Part shown: one piece after another, positions 63,978-64,000 of the stretch
Position numbering within the stretch: the first letter of the stretch is position 1
How the letters are laid out: each line of letters begins with the position of its first letter
DNA from: an uncultured bacterium
GTDB lineage: Bacteria; Actinomycetota; Acidimicrobiia; Acidimicrobiales; VFJN01
NCBI GenBank assembly: GCA_963813485.1
Contig: CAWEZE010000023.1
Span: forward strand, 52,690 to 116,689
DNA: 64,000 nucleotides
Reading direction: 5' to 3'
Notes under the pieces: generated by a model
What the model saw: only the letters and a program-made list of their open reading frames with translations
What the model was told of the DNA's origin: nothing
Databases searched by the model: none
Position numbers and translations under genes: made by a program

Positions 63978-64000
63978 TGCGCGCGACCGATTGCTGACCC

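Noticed and set aside
1-64000. Search by eye for CRISPR arrays, IS elements or transposases, integrases, rRNA and intact tRNA genes.
   Set aside because: I recognised none. The only tRNA-like sequence is the decayed fragment at 58927-58963. This was not an exhaustive computational scan.

Overview
Very GC-rich window (roughly 70% GC by eye, strong GC3 bias). It is almost certainly chromosomal DNA from an actinobacterium: it has F420-type LLM oxidoreductases, a DevR/DevS pair, SARP-type regulators, leaderless-looking genes and many 4-nt start/stop overlaps. I support about 65 coding regions. I saw no rRNA, intact tRNA, CRISPR array, transposase or integrase. Many long ORFs in the track are GC artefacts antisense to real genes, so I re-trimmed starts by counting residues in the track translations.

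Gene content from left to right:
- methyltransferase and CGNR zinc-finger pair
- DrrAB-like ABC exporter
- glgX
- Zur plus a ZnuABC-like divergon
- metallophosphoesterase
- phosphotransferase/DUF6285 operon
- SMP-30 lactonases
- a DevR/DevS-centred dormancy-type island (about 18.1-29.7 kb)
- two ArsR-SRPBCC modules
- P450 and PAP2
- MBL-rhodanese fusion
- a decayed GH13 amylase/pullulanase
- a decayed ECF sigma/anti-sigma pair
- EEP nuclease and sulfotransferase
- two large ATPase-TPR regulators, an EF-hand protein and cspA
- ABC ATPase-permease fusion
- ppgK-like ROK kinase, GH15, crotonase and a peroxiredoxin-like protein

Observations most worth a second look:
1. A 686-bp purine-strand, T-depleted segment (25437-26122) is compositionally alien. 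It splits a VOC/glyoxalase-like gene so precisely that removing it restores an in-frame 134-aa protein.
2. A 14-bp dyad rGGAC-CTTS-GnCCC resembles the DosR box and recurs six times, only in the promoter gaps of the dormancy-type genes. In three cases its centre lies 42.5-43.5 nt upstream of the start codon, with an nAnnnT hexamer at -12..-7. This implies leaderless transcripts.
3. Six frameshifts are all single G/C insertions: five in one GH13 gene and one in a CBS-BON gene. In addition, three short genes have no stop codon for hundreds of nt past their conserved domain.
4. Further lesions are an internally deleted ECF sigma gene, an anti-sigma gene carrying a diverged 41-bp tandem duplication, and a methyltransferase truncated and fused in frame to a KTSC gene.

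All functional calls rest on motif recognition from memory. Nothing was searched or computed beyond hand counting.
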